NCBI RefSeq assembly: GCF_036321535.1
Contig: NC_087437.1
Location: 38,628,001 to 38,692,000, forward strand
DNA length: 64,000 bases
Direction: 5' to 3'
DNA from: Camelus dromedarius
Taxonomy: Eukaryota
Below the pieces are notes generated by a model, which saw nothing but the letters and a program-made list of their open reading frames with translations, searched no databases and was not told where the DNA came from. Positions 1-12,765 of the stretch are shown here, in pieces; the first letter of the stretch is position 1, and each line of letters begins with the position of its first letter. A program made the position numbers and the translations under genes.

Positions 1-1867
1 TTCTACTCTTTTCATCCCATTCCCTTTTACTTCTATGCTTTAAACACTCTAACTTGTTTTTTATTCTTATTTCAGTTTTATTTTTTTTATCCACATTGGG
101 TAAAGGTTTTTATTCAGCAATTTTTTGAGTCTAACTCTACTTTTTAACCTCCACAGAAATTCATAAACTACAATGTTTATCAGAAGCAATTTGAAGTTTA
201 GGTGATGACGAAATTTAGGAAATAAAGTGACTAAATAGTCCATCAACTGATCATTTAGCTTTGAGTTTTATAGAAAGAAAATCCATGAGGAAAGGAAAGC
301 ACAGAAAATGTGCTGCTTAGGACCCGTACCCATCATAGTCAATTTATACTTTTTGTCAGACATGTATTATACTATAAATGTTTTAATGACTAATGATTCA
401 AAAATTGTCTGAATAAAAGTGAAAAACAAAATGAATGCGATTACAGATTTTTCAAGTACACTGTTTTGTTTTCAAAACTGTTTCTTAAAAACCAAATGCA
501 TTGTATGGAAATTTGTGATTGTCCATAAGCATAATCAATACAATTGTTGTTAGTTTATTTTATTATACCAATAAAAAGTTGAATTTATTTAATAAATATT
601 TTAATGTTTGGGCTTTTTTGATGCTCGTTTGAAAGAAATTATACTTTAGATTTTGGAGAGTATTTTAAAAAATATTCTCACCAATTGAAATACATAATAA
701 CATTTAAAACATGAAGTATAAAAGAAATGATTTCTTAATAAAGCAAATCTACTGAAGTTAAGTGATAATGCATTTTACAATTCAGTACAACACATAGATT
801 TCCCTGCAGGTTTATTTTATGAATTGTAAAAAAATTGTGAAACTATTCGGAGACAGATTTGGAAGAAACAACTACATGTCATACTTTTTCATTTCAATAA
901 GGGGAATATAAAACCTTCCCACCATTGTCAACATTTATCTTTTCATGATATTTCATGGAGTAACTCTTATCATCAGAGATAAAAATAAACTATCATTGAG
1001 AATTATATTGTTGAACTTTTTAAATGTAGACATTAGTTGCTTTATCAAAATGTGATGCAAGATGTTGTATAAGAGCATAATCCTTTGAAAGATGAAACAT
1101 AGCAATTTCCATTTCCATAGAAGAAAAAGCATTACAATAGGAAAACAGGAAACAGTTTGCAAAATTTTAGACTTCTTAAATATAAAACATATCTTAATTC
1201 ACATTTTTAAATTACTTTTTAATGTATCTATGTTATGAGCCACATTTAAAGCCACAGTCTAGATGTGACATTATGATTATATCTTCCATCCATTGTTTTG
1301 GCCAAGTAATCATCCTAATTAAATATATTGAGTGATAAAAACTCAACAACTCTTAAGACATTGCATTCTATCTTTTAAAAATATATTTTTATAAAGTTAC
1401 TTTCATTGGAAAAAAATAAAGAAAATATTATTTGGAAAATCTGGAAAAGAATACATGTTTTCTATCTGTATCAACTATAACAATTTGAAATCATAAATGT
1501 ATGTTTTTTTCTCCTGTTCAATCTTCCTTAAGAGTAAAGGAAGCATATAAAAATGGAAATAATACTCTATATTACAGTATTTTAGCATACTTATTCATTG
1601 ACTAATAATCTTATTCCTCTAATGGCTGATTTGATTGCCAATTTAAAGCTTAAAGGACTGGGATTTCCATGAGAATTGCTGATATTCACATCTACATATT
1701 CAAGGGGAACCAAATAAGATGAATTATTATTAAATGAAAGGAGAAGATACTAAGTTAGACGTTTCTAACAACCTTGAGATTGAAAGTAATAAATAGTGAA
1801 AGGTAAATGACACTAGTGTCTTGTCTATTTATGAAAAAATGTCAAGAAAAAAGGTCAAAAAATACTT

Positions 1868-2335
1868 GTGGTAGGCAGATTCATGAGACTTGCATCCTAA
1901 TCGTCAGAACAATGTAAACAGGTTACATTGAAAAAGAAGTTAAGGTTACAGATGGAATTAAGAAGTTACAAATCAGCTTACTTTAGATAGATAAGTAATG
2001 CTAAATTAGCCAGATGGGCACTGGGAAATTACAAGCATGCTTGAATCAAAAGAGGAAGGTAGGAGAAGGGTTAGTGATGAGATGTAAGAAGGACTCAACC
2101 CTTTGTGGATGTTAATGATGATTCTGAAGATGGAGGAATAGGGCCATGAGCCAAGAAATGTGTGTCCTTTAAAAACTGGATAAAATATTGAAGCAAATTC
2201 TCACATTGAGTGTCCAGTAACAAACATAGTTCTTCAGACATCTTGGTTTTAGTCCTATGAGACTAATACTGGGCTTTTGACCTCCAGACCTGTAAGATAG
2301 TAAATTTGTATTGATTTAAGCCACTAAATATGTAA
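1868..2335 (+). mobile_element. MaLR LTR (MLT1, probably MLT1D-like), 3' terminus lost into a TA/TG microsatellite
   Basis: Starts TGTGGTAGGCAGA; internal GATGGAGGAATAGGGCCATGAGCCAAG and CTGTAAGATAGTAAATTTGTATTGATTTAAGCCACTAAAT resemble recalled MLT1 consensus. Confidence 0.8.
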
Positions 2336-2370
2336 TGTATATATGCATATATATGTGTGTATATATATAC

Positions 2371-3046
2371 TGTGTCCAGCGCAGCTCAGGACTGTGTCTG
2401 AGGATGGGCGACGCAAGACTTAAGAAATAAAGAGACAAAGTAAAGAGCAAAGATGGGACTCAAGATCTCGTGGATCCAGAGTCCCGAAAGCCTGGTCAAC
2501 ATCATGTTTATTAGGAGTATACAGCTCAGGAAAAAATGCGATCAGAGGAGAGGCTTTAGATATTCCATTCGATAAGCACCTAAGTTCTGCTTGCTGATTA
2601 ACTGATTAATTTCAGGCCTATCCCTTCCAGGAACAATCACCCTCCTCAGGATATGCAAAATTTCTAAATCTATCCTGTTATTGCCTCCGGGACATCTCGA
2701 GATAGCAAATATTTTCCCTGGGCTTAACTGCATGATTTCATGCCAGAACAAAGTTCTGTTAATGGATGACCTGGCCTTCCAGGACCATCCATTGTTTCAC
2801 CCTAAGGAAATATCTGCCTCCTTCATGACCTTATGGTCAATCTCAGGATTGCTCACCACAAATTTTATTTAGCATAATACGTGCTATAGGTCATCTACTG
2901 CGTAAATCATTAAAACAAAGCAAGCACGTGCATTTTAAGCAAGTAAGTGTGAATATAATATTTTAAGCTCATGGAAATTTAGGTGTGGCTTGTTTTCCAG
3001 CTGTTCATCTTCCAGTGTCTTGTTTTCCAGCAGCTTGTTTCCCAGC

Positions 3047-3047
<1 letters not shown>
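2371..3047 (-). mobile_element. Young solo LTR, ERV2 (betaretrovirus/ERVK)-like
   Basis: 677-bp block with TG...CA termini, sharply more CpG-rich than flanks; minus-strand AATAAA (TTTATT 2507-2512); tandem TGTTTTCCAG repeats at the U3 end. TSD is ambiguous because both flanks are TA repeats. Confidence 0.7.

Positions 3048-3100
<53 letters not shown>
3048..3100. repeat. (TA)n(TG)~22 microsatellite
   Basis: Seen directly; it explains the THTHTH ORF at 2979-3188. Confidence 0.97.
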
Positions 3101-3101
<1 letters not shown>

Positions 3102-3399
3102 GTGGCACTTAAAACTAATACAATAATTTAGGGAAACAATATGTTCCATTGTAATGAACATTTTTTTGACAGTCTCAAAATAATACACTTTATTTCAAAA
3201 TAATTTTTGAAAATATTAGTGGAGAAGAGCTTTTTTAATCTAAAATATTCAACTTATTTCACAAAAACAAACCAATTGATTGTAATAGCTTTCTTATTTT
3301 AAGTTTACTTATTACCTGCATTTTCCTAGTTATACAGAGATACCTAGGTTAAGAGCCCAGATCTACATTGCCTTTTTAAAAATACTTTATGTTTTCCTA

Positions 3400-4159
3400 G
3401 ATGATTTTATAATATTCTATTTATCTTTGTTTTTCTGCACTTTGATGTTAAGTTCTTAATATTCATCATTATTGAGGTTTATTGTTTCTCTAATTGTAGA
3501 ATGAAGTACTGCATCAATTTTAGAAAACAATTAAATGTTTTAATTGCAAATCCATTAAACATTTCAGGTTCTATTTCCTGGGTGTGCTATCCTTGCACAT
3601 ACATATTTCATCATTGTGCCTCTCCAGCTTATTTCTGGGATTTTTTTTTTTTTACCTAATTATCTTTTAATCTTTTAAAAGATTATCTTTTCTTTAGTTG
3701 TTTTTAACCTGTATTTAATTTGTTGTGCTTAATCTGCTGTTAATGTCCAATAATTTATTAACTTCATTTTTCCTATTTTTCAGTTCTACACTTAAATTTG
3801 ATTAGTCTTTTCTTTATTCTGCTGTAGTTCCTAGTGCTTTACTAATATTTTTAATCTTTCCTTTTATCACCTTGAATAGAATAACAAAGTCTTTCAAAAA
3901 TCTGTATCTAATAATAGCAGTATAAGGAGTTTATTGTTATTCTATTTTCTGTTGTTTCAGTTGCTTCTCATTTATGATAGCATTGTACCAATGTGTCCGA
4001 TTACTTTTATTGTGTGCTTGTTTTTGGTTTTGTTTTGTTTTGTTTCTGTAGAGGTAAACTGAGGCCTAGGTTCATTATATCATACTCCTGATAATTCTTC
4101 CTTGATTCCCATCTGCTACTGACACTCACTTGCTGACACATGAAATACTGTTTCTCCAC

Positions 4160-4190
<31 letters not shown>

Positions 4191-4370
4191 GGGTGGCTGA
4201 ATTTCTTAGAGCCATCTACATGTGTTTAAGCTAAACTGCAGTTTATGTAAGGACTTGTTTACTTTTACTTTACTCTTAATTCTAGAGTACAGCCCACTGT
4301 AATCCCAATGAAAGCACAAAATGTTTATCAGTGCACTAATTTGGCAAGCTATGGGTTGTATTTGTCCCCT
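3400..4370 (-). mobile_element. Old, degenerate L1 (L1ME/HAL1-like) ORF1-region remnant
   Basis: T-rich segment with motifs typical of antisense old L1 ORF1 (TTTATCTTTGTTTTTCTGCA, CTTAATCTGCTGTTAATGTCC, TTTTTCAGTTCTA); parallels 62660-64000. Confidence 0.5.
4160..4187. repeat. poly(A) run, ~28 nt
   Basis: Seen directly. Confidence 0.95.
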
Positions 4371-5054
4371 AATTCTTCAAGGCTTTGGGATTTGGGGAAC
4401 TAAAAGAATGACTTTTGCTTAGGGAGATTTTCAAAAGATGGAGAAGTCTAGAGGCAAGTAAAAAATTACCAAATGATTAAAAGTTTGAAAAACATCGAAC
4501 CTTTGAGAAAATCAAAAGTATTGCAATTATGTAGCTTGGTAGGGTAAATCTTAAATTTAATGAGATTTCTAATGTATTTATTAAATCAGGTATGTATGCA
4601 CAGCTATTATCCTCCTGTAAAATATAGGGCAATAAAGTAGAAACAAATCATTTAGCCAAAAAAATTATGATTAAAAAATAGAAACATTAAAACAATTAAA
4701 AAAGAGAAAATAGGCATTTATTCTAAGTAGACAGGTACTTGTATATATGATTTAGGCCAGAGTTGTTCAAGGAAAGCTTTCATTGTGTCTATAGTGGATT
4801 TCAAGAACTATTTTTTAAGTTGATTTTAAAAATACACTATTTTATTAACAACAATTATGATATTAGTCATCAATTGTTTTGTACATCTTATAGATAAAAC
4901 TTTGTCTTGGGTTATAAAAACTATTAATCAAGATTTCAGTAAAACAGCTACTTTGAAATGATTTTTTAAAAACGATTTTTGAGTGCATTGTATAGTCACA
5001 GATTTATAATCAGTACCATGCAAAGAGTGTGCAAATAAAAATAAAACACAAAAA

Positions 5055-5110
5055 TCCCTCTGAATCCATGGGTTCTGCATCCACAAATTCAACCAACCAT
5101 GGATCAAATG
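5055..5110. mobile_element. MER2/Tigger-type DNA transposon terminal fragment
   Basis: CCCTCTGAATCCATGGGTTCTGCATCCACAAATTCAACCAACCATGGATC resembles the MER2 end. Confidence 0.65.
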
Positions 5111-6581
5111 TCCACAGTTATAAAGATAATCACATTTAAGTTGAAAATGCATGTAATAAAAGTAATTGATTGTCAAAATAAGTGAAGAAATTGAAATGCT
5201 TTCAATTTTTTGACGATTGAGAGAAGCATTTACTGATACTCTTTGTTATAAAAATATTGTGAAATATCTATAGCTAATTTTCCTACCTAATAGTCAGTTT
5301 ATACATTTGTTGGTTTGCACTGATAAATTTCTTTGAATTGGGTGACTCCATCCTCAGGGGATCAAAGAATTGAACAGGATTCACTGTGGTGTTGAGGGCC
5401 AAGATAAAATTCAGACCTATGGCATTATTAGCTCACTGGCAAAAAAAAAATGTATCTGAAAGAATGTAAAGGAAAATAAGAAAAAAAAATAAAGAATATT
5501 AAATTTATATTTTAATTTTCATTAAGAGAGAGAATTACAGGAACCAAAACTTCCCCTTATTCTTCTCTTTCTCAAGACTTTTGCTGAAAATCAAGGTCAA
5601 GACTTAAAACACTTGAAGGCCGTGAAATATTCTTTTCTGTGTTTTTTACATTGACATATGCTGTACTAAGTCTTTAGGACCACATTTTAATTAAACACGT
5701 TAAACAATGTCTTGCAGTGTCCAAAACATTGTATTGGGTGACAATGGGACTTGAATGTGACACAGTCCCTGACCTCAAGGTTTACAGCATTGTGGAAAAA
5801 ATAAAACATAAAGACAAGTAGCGTTGTATGCATTTTAAAAGAGATACAGAAAATTATGATGATAAGTGCCACAATCAGAATGTGGTAAGTCAATTATGTA
5901 AATCCAGTGGACCTTAGTAAAACATAAGAGGTAAAGTTATTTTCAAATGTTTCAGAGATATTTATTTCTTTGGACTTTGAAAAGTAGCTTTTCTATGACT
6001 GGCAGTGTCACACACTGGGTATTTTATTTTTAATGTTGTGGTGCTTTCCAACAAAATACTTTACATGTATTTGTTTACTATGCATTCTATTTTTATCTTT
6101 TCCAAGCTTTACTCTTTGATTTTCCAAATTGCATTAATAAAGCTATAGTTCTTTATACCTAAATCAATGCAAAATTCATATTTTAGAAACCATTAAGCAT
6201 CTAATAATTCATTAGAAATGGAGATTAAAAAGAAGAACATGCTTTCAGGAGAGATGAGAATAAGTCATAAGTAAATCTATTATGATAATGAAAAATTTCG
6301 TTCAACATTGTCATTAAAGCATGGTATTTCTGTATGAAACTAAAATCAATTAACAAAAAGCAGCAAACTGAATATGACTCATTTTTAGTAAACTTTTTGA
6401 ATTCATTTCTTTAATCTGAAGTGCAAATATCAAATCAAAATAAAAAATTCTTGACTTCCGTCTAACCCTTGTTCTGTTAGGCTGGGCTGAGATACCTTAG
6501 AACATTCAGCACTTCTCATGGATATTATAGTTCAATTTAGTCCTATTACTTAGTTATATTGAATTAATAAGAATCTGCCAG

Positions 6582-7670
6582 AATTCTGGTTCCAGCCATG
6601 ATGAACTAACAGGCTATAGGCTTACCTTACCTCCAAAAATGAACACACAGACAACATACATCAAAGAAGTGTTTTTAAATATTAAAAAAATTACAGAAGG
6701 CTTTCAGCTCAAAGGACACAGTACAACTTTTTTAGGTCATCCTACATCATAGTTCATCCAACACCAACCACCTCCACTCTGCCGCCCAAATTCAACCTAA
6801 AGAGATCAAAGTCATATACCTGAGTGGCACTGGTGGGTAATTTGGTGCAATGTCTGCCCTGGCCTCCAAAATTAGCCACCTGAGTATTTATCCAAAAAAA
6901 ATTGATGATGACATTATCAAGGCAACTGGTGAGTAGAAGGATCTAACGATTACAGTGAAACTGACCATTCAGAACACAAAGATCCAGATTGAGATGGTAC
7001 CTTCTTCCTCTTCCTAGATCATCAAAGCTCTCAAAGAACTACTCAGAGACAGAAAGAAGCAAACAAACAGACAACAACAACAAACCTTTATACATGTTGG
7101 AAATATCACTTTTGATGAGATTTGTCAATATTACCAACAGATACATCATTGTCTTTCAGCCAGAGAGCTCTCTGGAGCCATCAAAGAGATCCTGAGGACT
7201 GTCCAGTTTGTGGACTGCAATCTTGATGGTCACTACCCTCACAACATCACAGATGGCATCCACCATGGCGTGGCAGAATGCCCAGATAATTAAGAACTAC
7301 AAAGGAAATATTTAAATATTTCAATAAAGGGTCATTTGACATCCTAAACAAACGAAAACTATAGGCAGTATCTGACTATAATCCTTGTGGGAATAAACAA
7401 AGGAAGAAAGACACATGATCTCCTCTGCCTGTTGATGGCACATGCTGACTTGTAGTTCAAGGATGAAAATCCCTAGCAGAGCATAGCCGTATCCCTGGGG
7501 TGAGGATCCAAGAAGTAGAATTAAAGGAGACTGAGGCACCTAAAGATCAGAAGTTGAGTTCTGAATAGGAGGGAGGCAGTTAGAAAAAGATCTTCAGAAA
7601 TCTGCAGAGGCGAGCCTTTGAGTCTTTACTAAATACCAATGTGTGAATGTTGTAAGATCAACTCCATAGG
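6582..7670 (+). mobile_element. Old L1 (L1M-type) 5' end, split by the RPL12 retrocopy
   Basis: TTCTGGTTCCAGCCATGATG at the left; resumes after ~7360 with GGAGACTGAGGCACCTAAAG and CAGAAATCTGCAGAGG...GAGTCTTTACTAAATAC, collinear with recalled L1M 5' consensus. Confidence 0.6.
6699..7350 (+). pseudogene. RPL12: Processed pseudogene of 60S ribosomal protein L12 (uL11), full length with 5' and 3' UTR
   Basis: Manual translation from 6779 gives (L)[79 protein letters not shown]...GNITFDE...[12 protein letters not shown]...[18 protein letters not shown] (TAA 7291-7293), collinear with RPL12. No introns; ATG>CTG; premature stops at 6838, 6934, 7015; frameshifts; AATAAA at 7323-7328. Confidence 0.95.
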
Positions 7671-8159
7671 GCACTATCACATACTACTGGAAATATCCTG
7701 TACTAAACATATTTAAAATGTGTATTTACTGTGCGCCTTATGAAAGAATAGGCTATGGAATCTTAATATAACATAAATATTTACCCATCAGTCATCACGT
7801 AAGTGCAAAGAAGATAGGTCACATTAACATTTAGTGTCCAGATCTCACTGGTTTGGTAGCACTCAGCTTTAGAACTTCTCCTGTCACTAGAATTCAGAGG
7901 AAAGTCTACCAAACTTGGTAGGGGATCAATGTCATTATAACTCCATTATTTCTCTTATTTTTCTCTTCCAATGGCACATACAAACCTAGTTTTTCTTTCT
8001 TATTTCAGCCAAAAAGAAATATTTATCATTCCTATCAACTAATGTAAATAAGTATTGGAGTAATCCATCAACCCACCTATTCTGTTGATGCTGAGGCTCT
8101 AAATCACAGTTCAGATTAAACTGAAGCACTCTCCTATAAGGAGTTTGAAAAGAAATGAT

Positions 8160-8640
8160 TCCTCATTCAAGACAATGGAGAGAGGCAGACATGAAAAGAA
8201 GCACTGAAATTGAAATCGATAGGAATTGTCATAGGATTATGTACAGGTAATGTAGGCCACAAAAGAGAGCTCTCATTTTCTCCAGAGGAGCCTAACAAAG
8301 CTTTACAAAAGATGTGCCATTTCCACTCTCTTGGAAAATGGTCGTTTTTTTTCCTTCAAGTAGGTAAGTGAGGAGACATAAATGTTATTACACAAAAAAC
8401 AACAGCGTGGGTGAAGATATTTATAAAACAAAATAGAAACAAAAAGTCTTGTATATTTGGTAAGTTAAAAAAAAAAAAAGCTCATGTGACTGTATTTAAT
8501 CCACAAGGGAGCCTGGGGAAGAAGAGAGCCAGAATTAAGACAGTTGAGTGAAGCCTGTAGCTAGGAGTGAATTAGATGATTTAGGCTTCAATACTGTGTT
8601 AAGCAGTTTGGACCTTACTTTAGGAGGAGCTTTGCTCCCT
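8160..8640 (-). mobile_element. L2 remnant (degenerate)
   Basis: Purine-rich antisense L2-like wording (GGAGAGAGGCAGACATG, TGTTAAGCAGTTTGGACCTTA). Confidence 0.45.
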
Positions 8641-9421
8641 TAAATGTCTCGAAACTGCATGAAGTGTTCAAATAAGTTTTCCCAAAACAGAGAAAGGGAG
8701 TCTGCTCTATATTATAATTTATGGTACATTCAGAAGTATTGAATCTCAGGGGATAAGGATGAATATGATCCCGTAATTTAATCTGAGTTTTCAGAAGCCC
8801 ATACTGGGAGGGATTGCTCCTATGTTCTCCTTGTACTGGGTGTCACACTTCTACACAGAAGCTCCTCTTCTCACACCAATTAAAAATCTGGTAAATTAAT
8901 GCCTTAAAAATTGCCCTACCTAGAGCCAGGAAGCCTGCAAACAAATGGATACTCTGTTGATTCTGATGGCCTTCTCTGTACCTTCGCATGTTTGGTATTC
9001 TCCCTAAGTAATTTTTGTGCATATTATAATTTGAGAGCCTTAGTAGAATAAGTAAGAGAGGAGTATATTACAAAGATAAAGTTTATCTCGTATTCATCCT
9101 CTATTATTATTATTTATTATTTTTGAGAGAAAAAAACAAAACACTAAGAGAATGGTCAGCAAAGGAGGCATCATATCTGTTTAGAATTCAGGAAGTAGGA
9201 TCACTTCATGGAACAAATAGGGCTGTGGTAAGATTTTGAGCACAAAGTGCATCCCAGGTAGAGGAAACACATGCAGAGACATGTTCTTATGGAAGCATGG
9301 AAGTGATCACATGAAGATTAATATAACAAATTAACTAAAGTGTAAGGTGAGGAGTATAATAAGAGGAAAAGTAAATAGTGGATTACTTGGGGCAATGATG
9401 TGCTCACGTTTGAATGACAAA

Positions 9422-9883
9422 TGTATTCGTTTTCTCTCGATCCTAAGACAGATTATTACAAACTTGCCAACTTGGCTTAACACAAATGTATTTCTGGAGG
9501 TCAGAAGTCCACATTGTGTGGTCAGAATAGAATTCTTTCTGGCAGCTCCAAAAGAGAATATGTTCCCTTGCCTTTTCCAGCATCTAGAGGCTTCCTGCAT
9601 TCCTTTGCTCCTGGCCCCCTTCCAGCAATGGCATCACTCCAACCTCTGTTTCCATTGTCACATCTTCTCCAGCTCTGGCTCTCTTGCTTTGCTCTTCCAC
9701 ATATAAGGACCCTTGTGATTTCATTGTGCCTTTTGAGATAATGCAAGGAAAACCTCCCCATCTCAAGATTCTTGATCACATCTGTGAAGACACTCTTGCC
9801 GTATGAGGCAGCATATTAACAGGTTCTGCAGATTCTGGTGAACATCTTGGTGGGGCAGGGGTGGTATTATTCTGCCTACCACA
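9422..9883 (-). mobile_element. MaLR solo LTR (MLT1C-like)
   Basis: TG...CA termini (TGTATTCG...TTCTGCCTACCACA); core TTCTGGAGGTCAGAAGTCC and TTGCCTTTTCCAGCATCTAGAGGC; 5-bp TSD ACAAA/TCAAA (4/5). Confidence 0.88.
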
Positions 9884-11121
9884 TCAAACTTTGAATTAAC
9901 AGTATTTTTTGGTAGTATGGGATCCTGTAGGTTTCTGTGCAGAAAAGACATCAAAACATTGGGTCTATGTTATTTGATTTTTTTTAAAAGAATAAAACTT
10001 TGGTTCAAATATTTAACTTAGATTACTTTTTAAGCAAACTCTAGGTACACATTGTTCTTGATGAAAATTAATGTATTGTATTATCTGAAGATCCTGTTTT
10101 TCTATGCTACGTGTATTTTGTAGGTCAGATATATCAAAAACTGTAATATTAAAATAAAAAGTAAAACTTCAGTATGGGGTTGTTGTGAGTTTCAGTATGT
10201 AATTTAGTGACAAATATGATGGTTCTTTGATGAAATAATGTTAAAATATAAGTAGGGTATTGTATGACCATATAAGTTATGATTGGGGCCAGTTTAATTT
10301 TTTCTGTGGTTACATATGTATGAGAAAATGGGTGTTAGCATTTTTATGAGGTCACAAAATGTCAGCTGTTGAATAATGACTCTAAATAAATATCCTATCC
10401 ACAGAATTTTAATCCTCCTCCTGTTCTACTTTGAAGGAACAGCTTTGGTAATGGATAGGTACTTTACTACCTACCATTTCATTGCAGGGCTTGCTTTAAA
10501 AATACACTTTAACATTTAACAGCCAGTTTATATTTTCATCCATTTTATATTAAAAAATAAATTATCTCCTTACTACCTCGTTAGCATAAATCCCATATAT
10601 GGTTGTTATAATAGTGTGATAAATGAAATATAGTATGATCTACACATACCAGACAGGGTAATACTTAACATAGTAGGACTGCTGTATCATGTGTTCATGT
10701 AATCAGAGCATTTTTTATATTATGTATTGAAAATCCTATTTTATCGCATGGTGTGCTGGGAGATGGTGTCAAAATGATTGGGTAGAGAAAAACAAGGATT
10801 GAGTTCTATGGATATAGAAATTCAAGAAGATAGGTTTTCTCTACAAGAGCTAACTTAGATACAGTATAAGCTACTGAGGAACTATTTTAGAAAGACCCTC
10901 ACCTCCTAATTATACAGCCTGGGCTGAACTGACTGATAATTACATTTGGACTGATAACAGAAGGACATGGCATAGCAGCAAACGAAGGGGACTAAAAAAT
11001 GTGTAAGAATTATGGTGAGAAAAAGATCTAAGCTAATTACCAAAAGAAAGAACAAGATTTACCTTACCTGATGACCTTGTCTCTTCATATATTTTTTGCC
11101 CATTGCTTTAAAGCATCAGTA

Positions 11122-11536
11122 TTTTTTCCAGTTTTATTGAGATATAATTGAAATATAATGATATATTGTATTAGTTTTAAGTGTACAACACGATGATTTA
11201 AGTATACATTGCAAAATGATTACCACAATAAGTTTACTTAACATCCATCACCTCACAGAGTCACAAAATTATTTTCTTAAGATGAGAGCTTTTAAGATCT
11301 AGTCTATTAACAACTTTCAAATATATTGTTAACTTTAATCACCATGCTATATATTACATCCCCAGACTTATTTATCTTATACTTGGAAGTTTGTACTTTT
11401 TGACCACCTTGACTAATTTCCCCCACCTACCATCCCCTGCTTCCAGCAACCACCAGTCTGTTCTATTTGATTTTTTTTTTTTTTGCATTCCACATATAAA
11501 TGAGCTCATACAGTACGTATCTTTCTCTGTCTGACT
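11122..11536 (-). mobile_element. L1 3' end (L1MA9-like), 5'-truncated
   Basis: TTTTATTGAGATATAATTG...GATTACCACAATAAG...AACATCCATCACCTCACA...TTCCACATATAAATGAG...CTTTCTCTGTCTGACT. Confidence 0.88.
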
Positions 11537-11544
11537 GTATAGCA

Positions 11545-12270
11545 GTCTTGGTGAATCAAGATGGAGGAATGTTATTTGCTAATAACTGCTGAAGATTTCT
11601 ATTTAGGGGAATGAAAAGGATGATGCTTTAAGCCTGAAAGAGAATGCAAGGAGAAGACAAGTTTTTTATAGCAAAAATACATTTGATTTTGAATATATTG
11701 AGTATGAACTGTTCCCTAAACACACATGATATATGTTCAGCCCAGCCTGAAATAAAGGTTTGAAACTCAAATAAGTAGGAGCCAGCATTCAGAAGTGTTG
11801 CCTAAACATGCTATCTGAAATTGTGGGAGTAGAGTAATCCAAGAAGAGAGCTCAGGGAGAAAATTAGACAAGTCCTAGTGCATAATCTGAAAGAATTAAA
11901 TTCTTAAGATTGACAGGATAAAGAAGAGTCTGGTGTGAGGATTGAGAAGGTGCAATTAGAACTGTAGATCAAGAGAAAAAGAATGAAATCAGGAGAGCCA
12001 AAAGCAGAGAGGCTTTTGGAAGGAAGAACTGAAAACAGACCTCTAGTGAATTCCACAAGGTGATGAGAGCAAGATACAGATTTCAAGGGATAAGGAATCA
12101 GAAGATGGTAAGGAAATGGATGTAAATCAATCTCGTAAACATTTTAGCAATCAAAGGAATAAAAAGACAATAGGATAGCTCATGGGGATGTCGCAGACTA
12201 GGGAAAACGTCTTCAGAATGAAAAAGGCATGAACATGTTTCAAAATCAGTAAGAAGTTAGTTGAGAGGAA
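11545..12270 (-). mobile_element. L2 remnant
   Basis: Purine-rich degenerate L2-like tract (TTTGATTTTGAATATATTGAGT, GAGGATTGAGAAGG, AATGGATGTAAATCAATCT). Confidence 0.55.
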
Positions 12271-12329
12271 AAGATAATTAAATTGTCCCAATTGTTTGAG
12301 ACTCCCTCAAGCCATTTACACATATAAGT

Positions 12330-12492
12330 CTATCCTCACAATGATCTGTAATGTGAATAACATTATCCCTATGGTAAAGCACAGAGAATGGAGGCTCAGA
12401 AAATTTATATAACTTGTTGAAGATCTATATGACAAGTGACAGAACCAGGAATCACCTGTCTCTCTGAATCCAGAACCAGTGTTCTTTTCATT
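12330..12492 (-). mobile_element. MIR SINE
   Basis: Core GGAGGCTCAGAAAATTTATATAACTTG...AAGTGACAGAACCAGGGA...CTGAATCCAGAACC. Confidence 0.7.
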
Positions 12493-12527
12493 CCTTCATC
12501 TTGATTCACCAAGACTGATGTTATACG

Positions 12528-12765
12528 GTCATACAGAGAAAGTCACATACTGCATGATCTCACTTATAGGTGGAATTTAAAAAATAAAAGTGAACTCAAA
12601 GATAAAGAGAACAGACTAGTGGTTGCCAGAAGCGGGGGATGGTAGGTGGGGAAAACTGGTTAAGGTGGTCAAAAGGTACAAACTTCCAATTACAAGATAA
12701 ATTAGTTCTGGAGATGTAACATGTAGCATGGTAACTAAAGTTAACAATATATTTGAAAGTTGCCA
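12528..12765 (+). mobile_element. L1 3'-region fragment (L1MA9-like)
   Basis: CAGAGAAAGTCACATACTGCATGATCTCACTTATAGGTGGAAT...GTGGTTGCCAG...GGTCAAAAGGTACAAACTTCCA. Confidence 0.88.

Noticed and set aside
6989..7195. 68-aa ORF as a gene
   Set aside because: It is an off-frame reading of the RPL12 pseudogene.
9331..9954. Cluster of six overlapping ORFs
   Set aside because: All lie over an MLT1 LTR; no recognisable protein.
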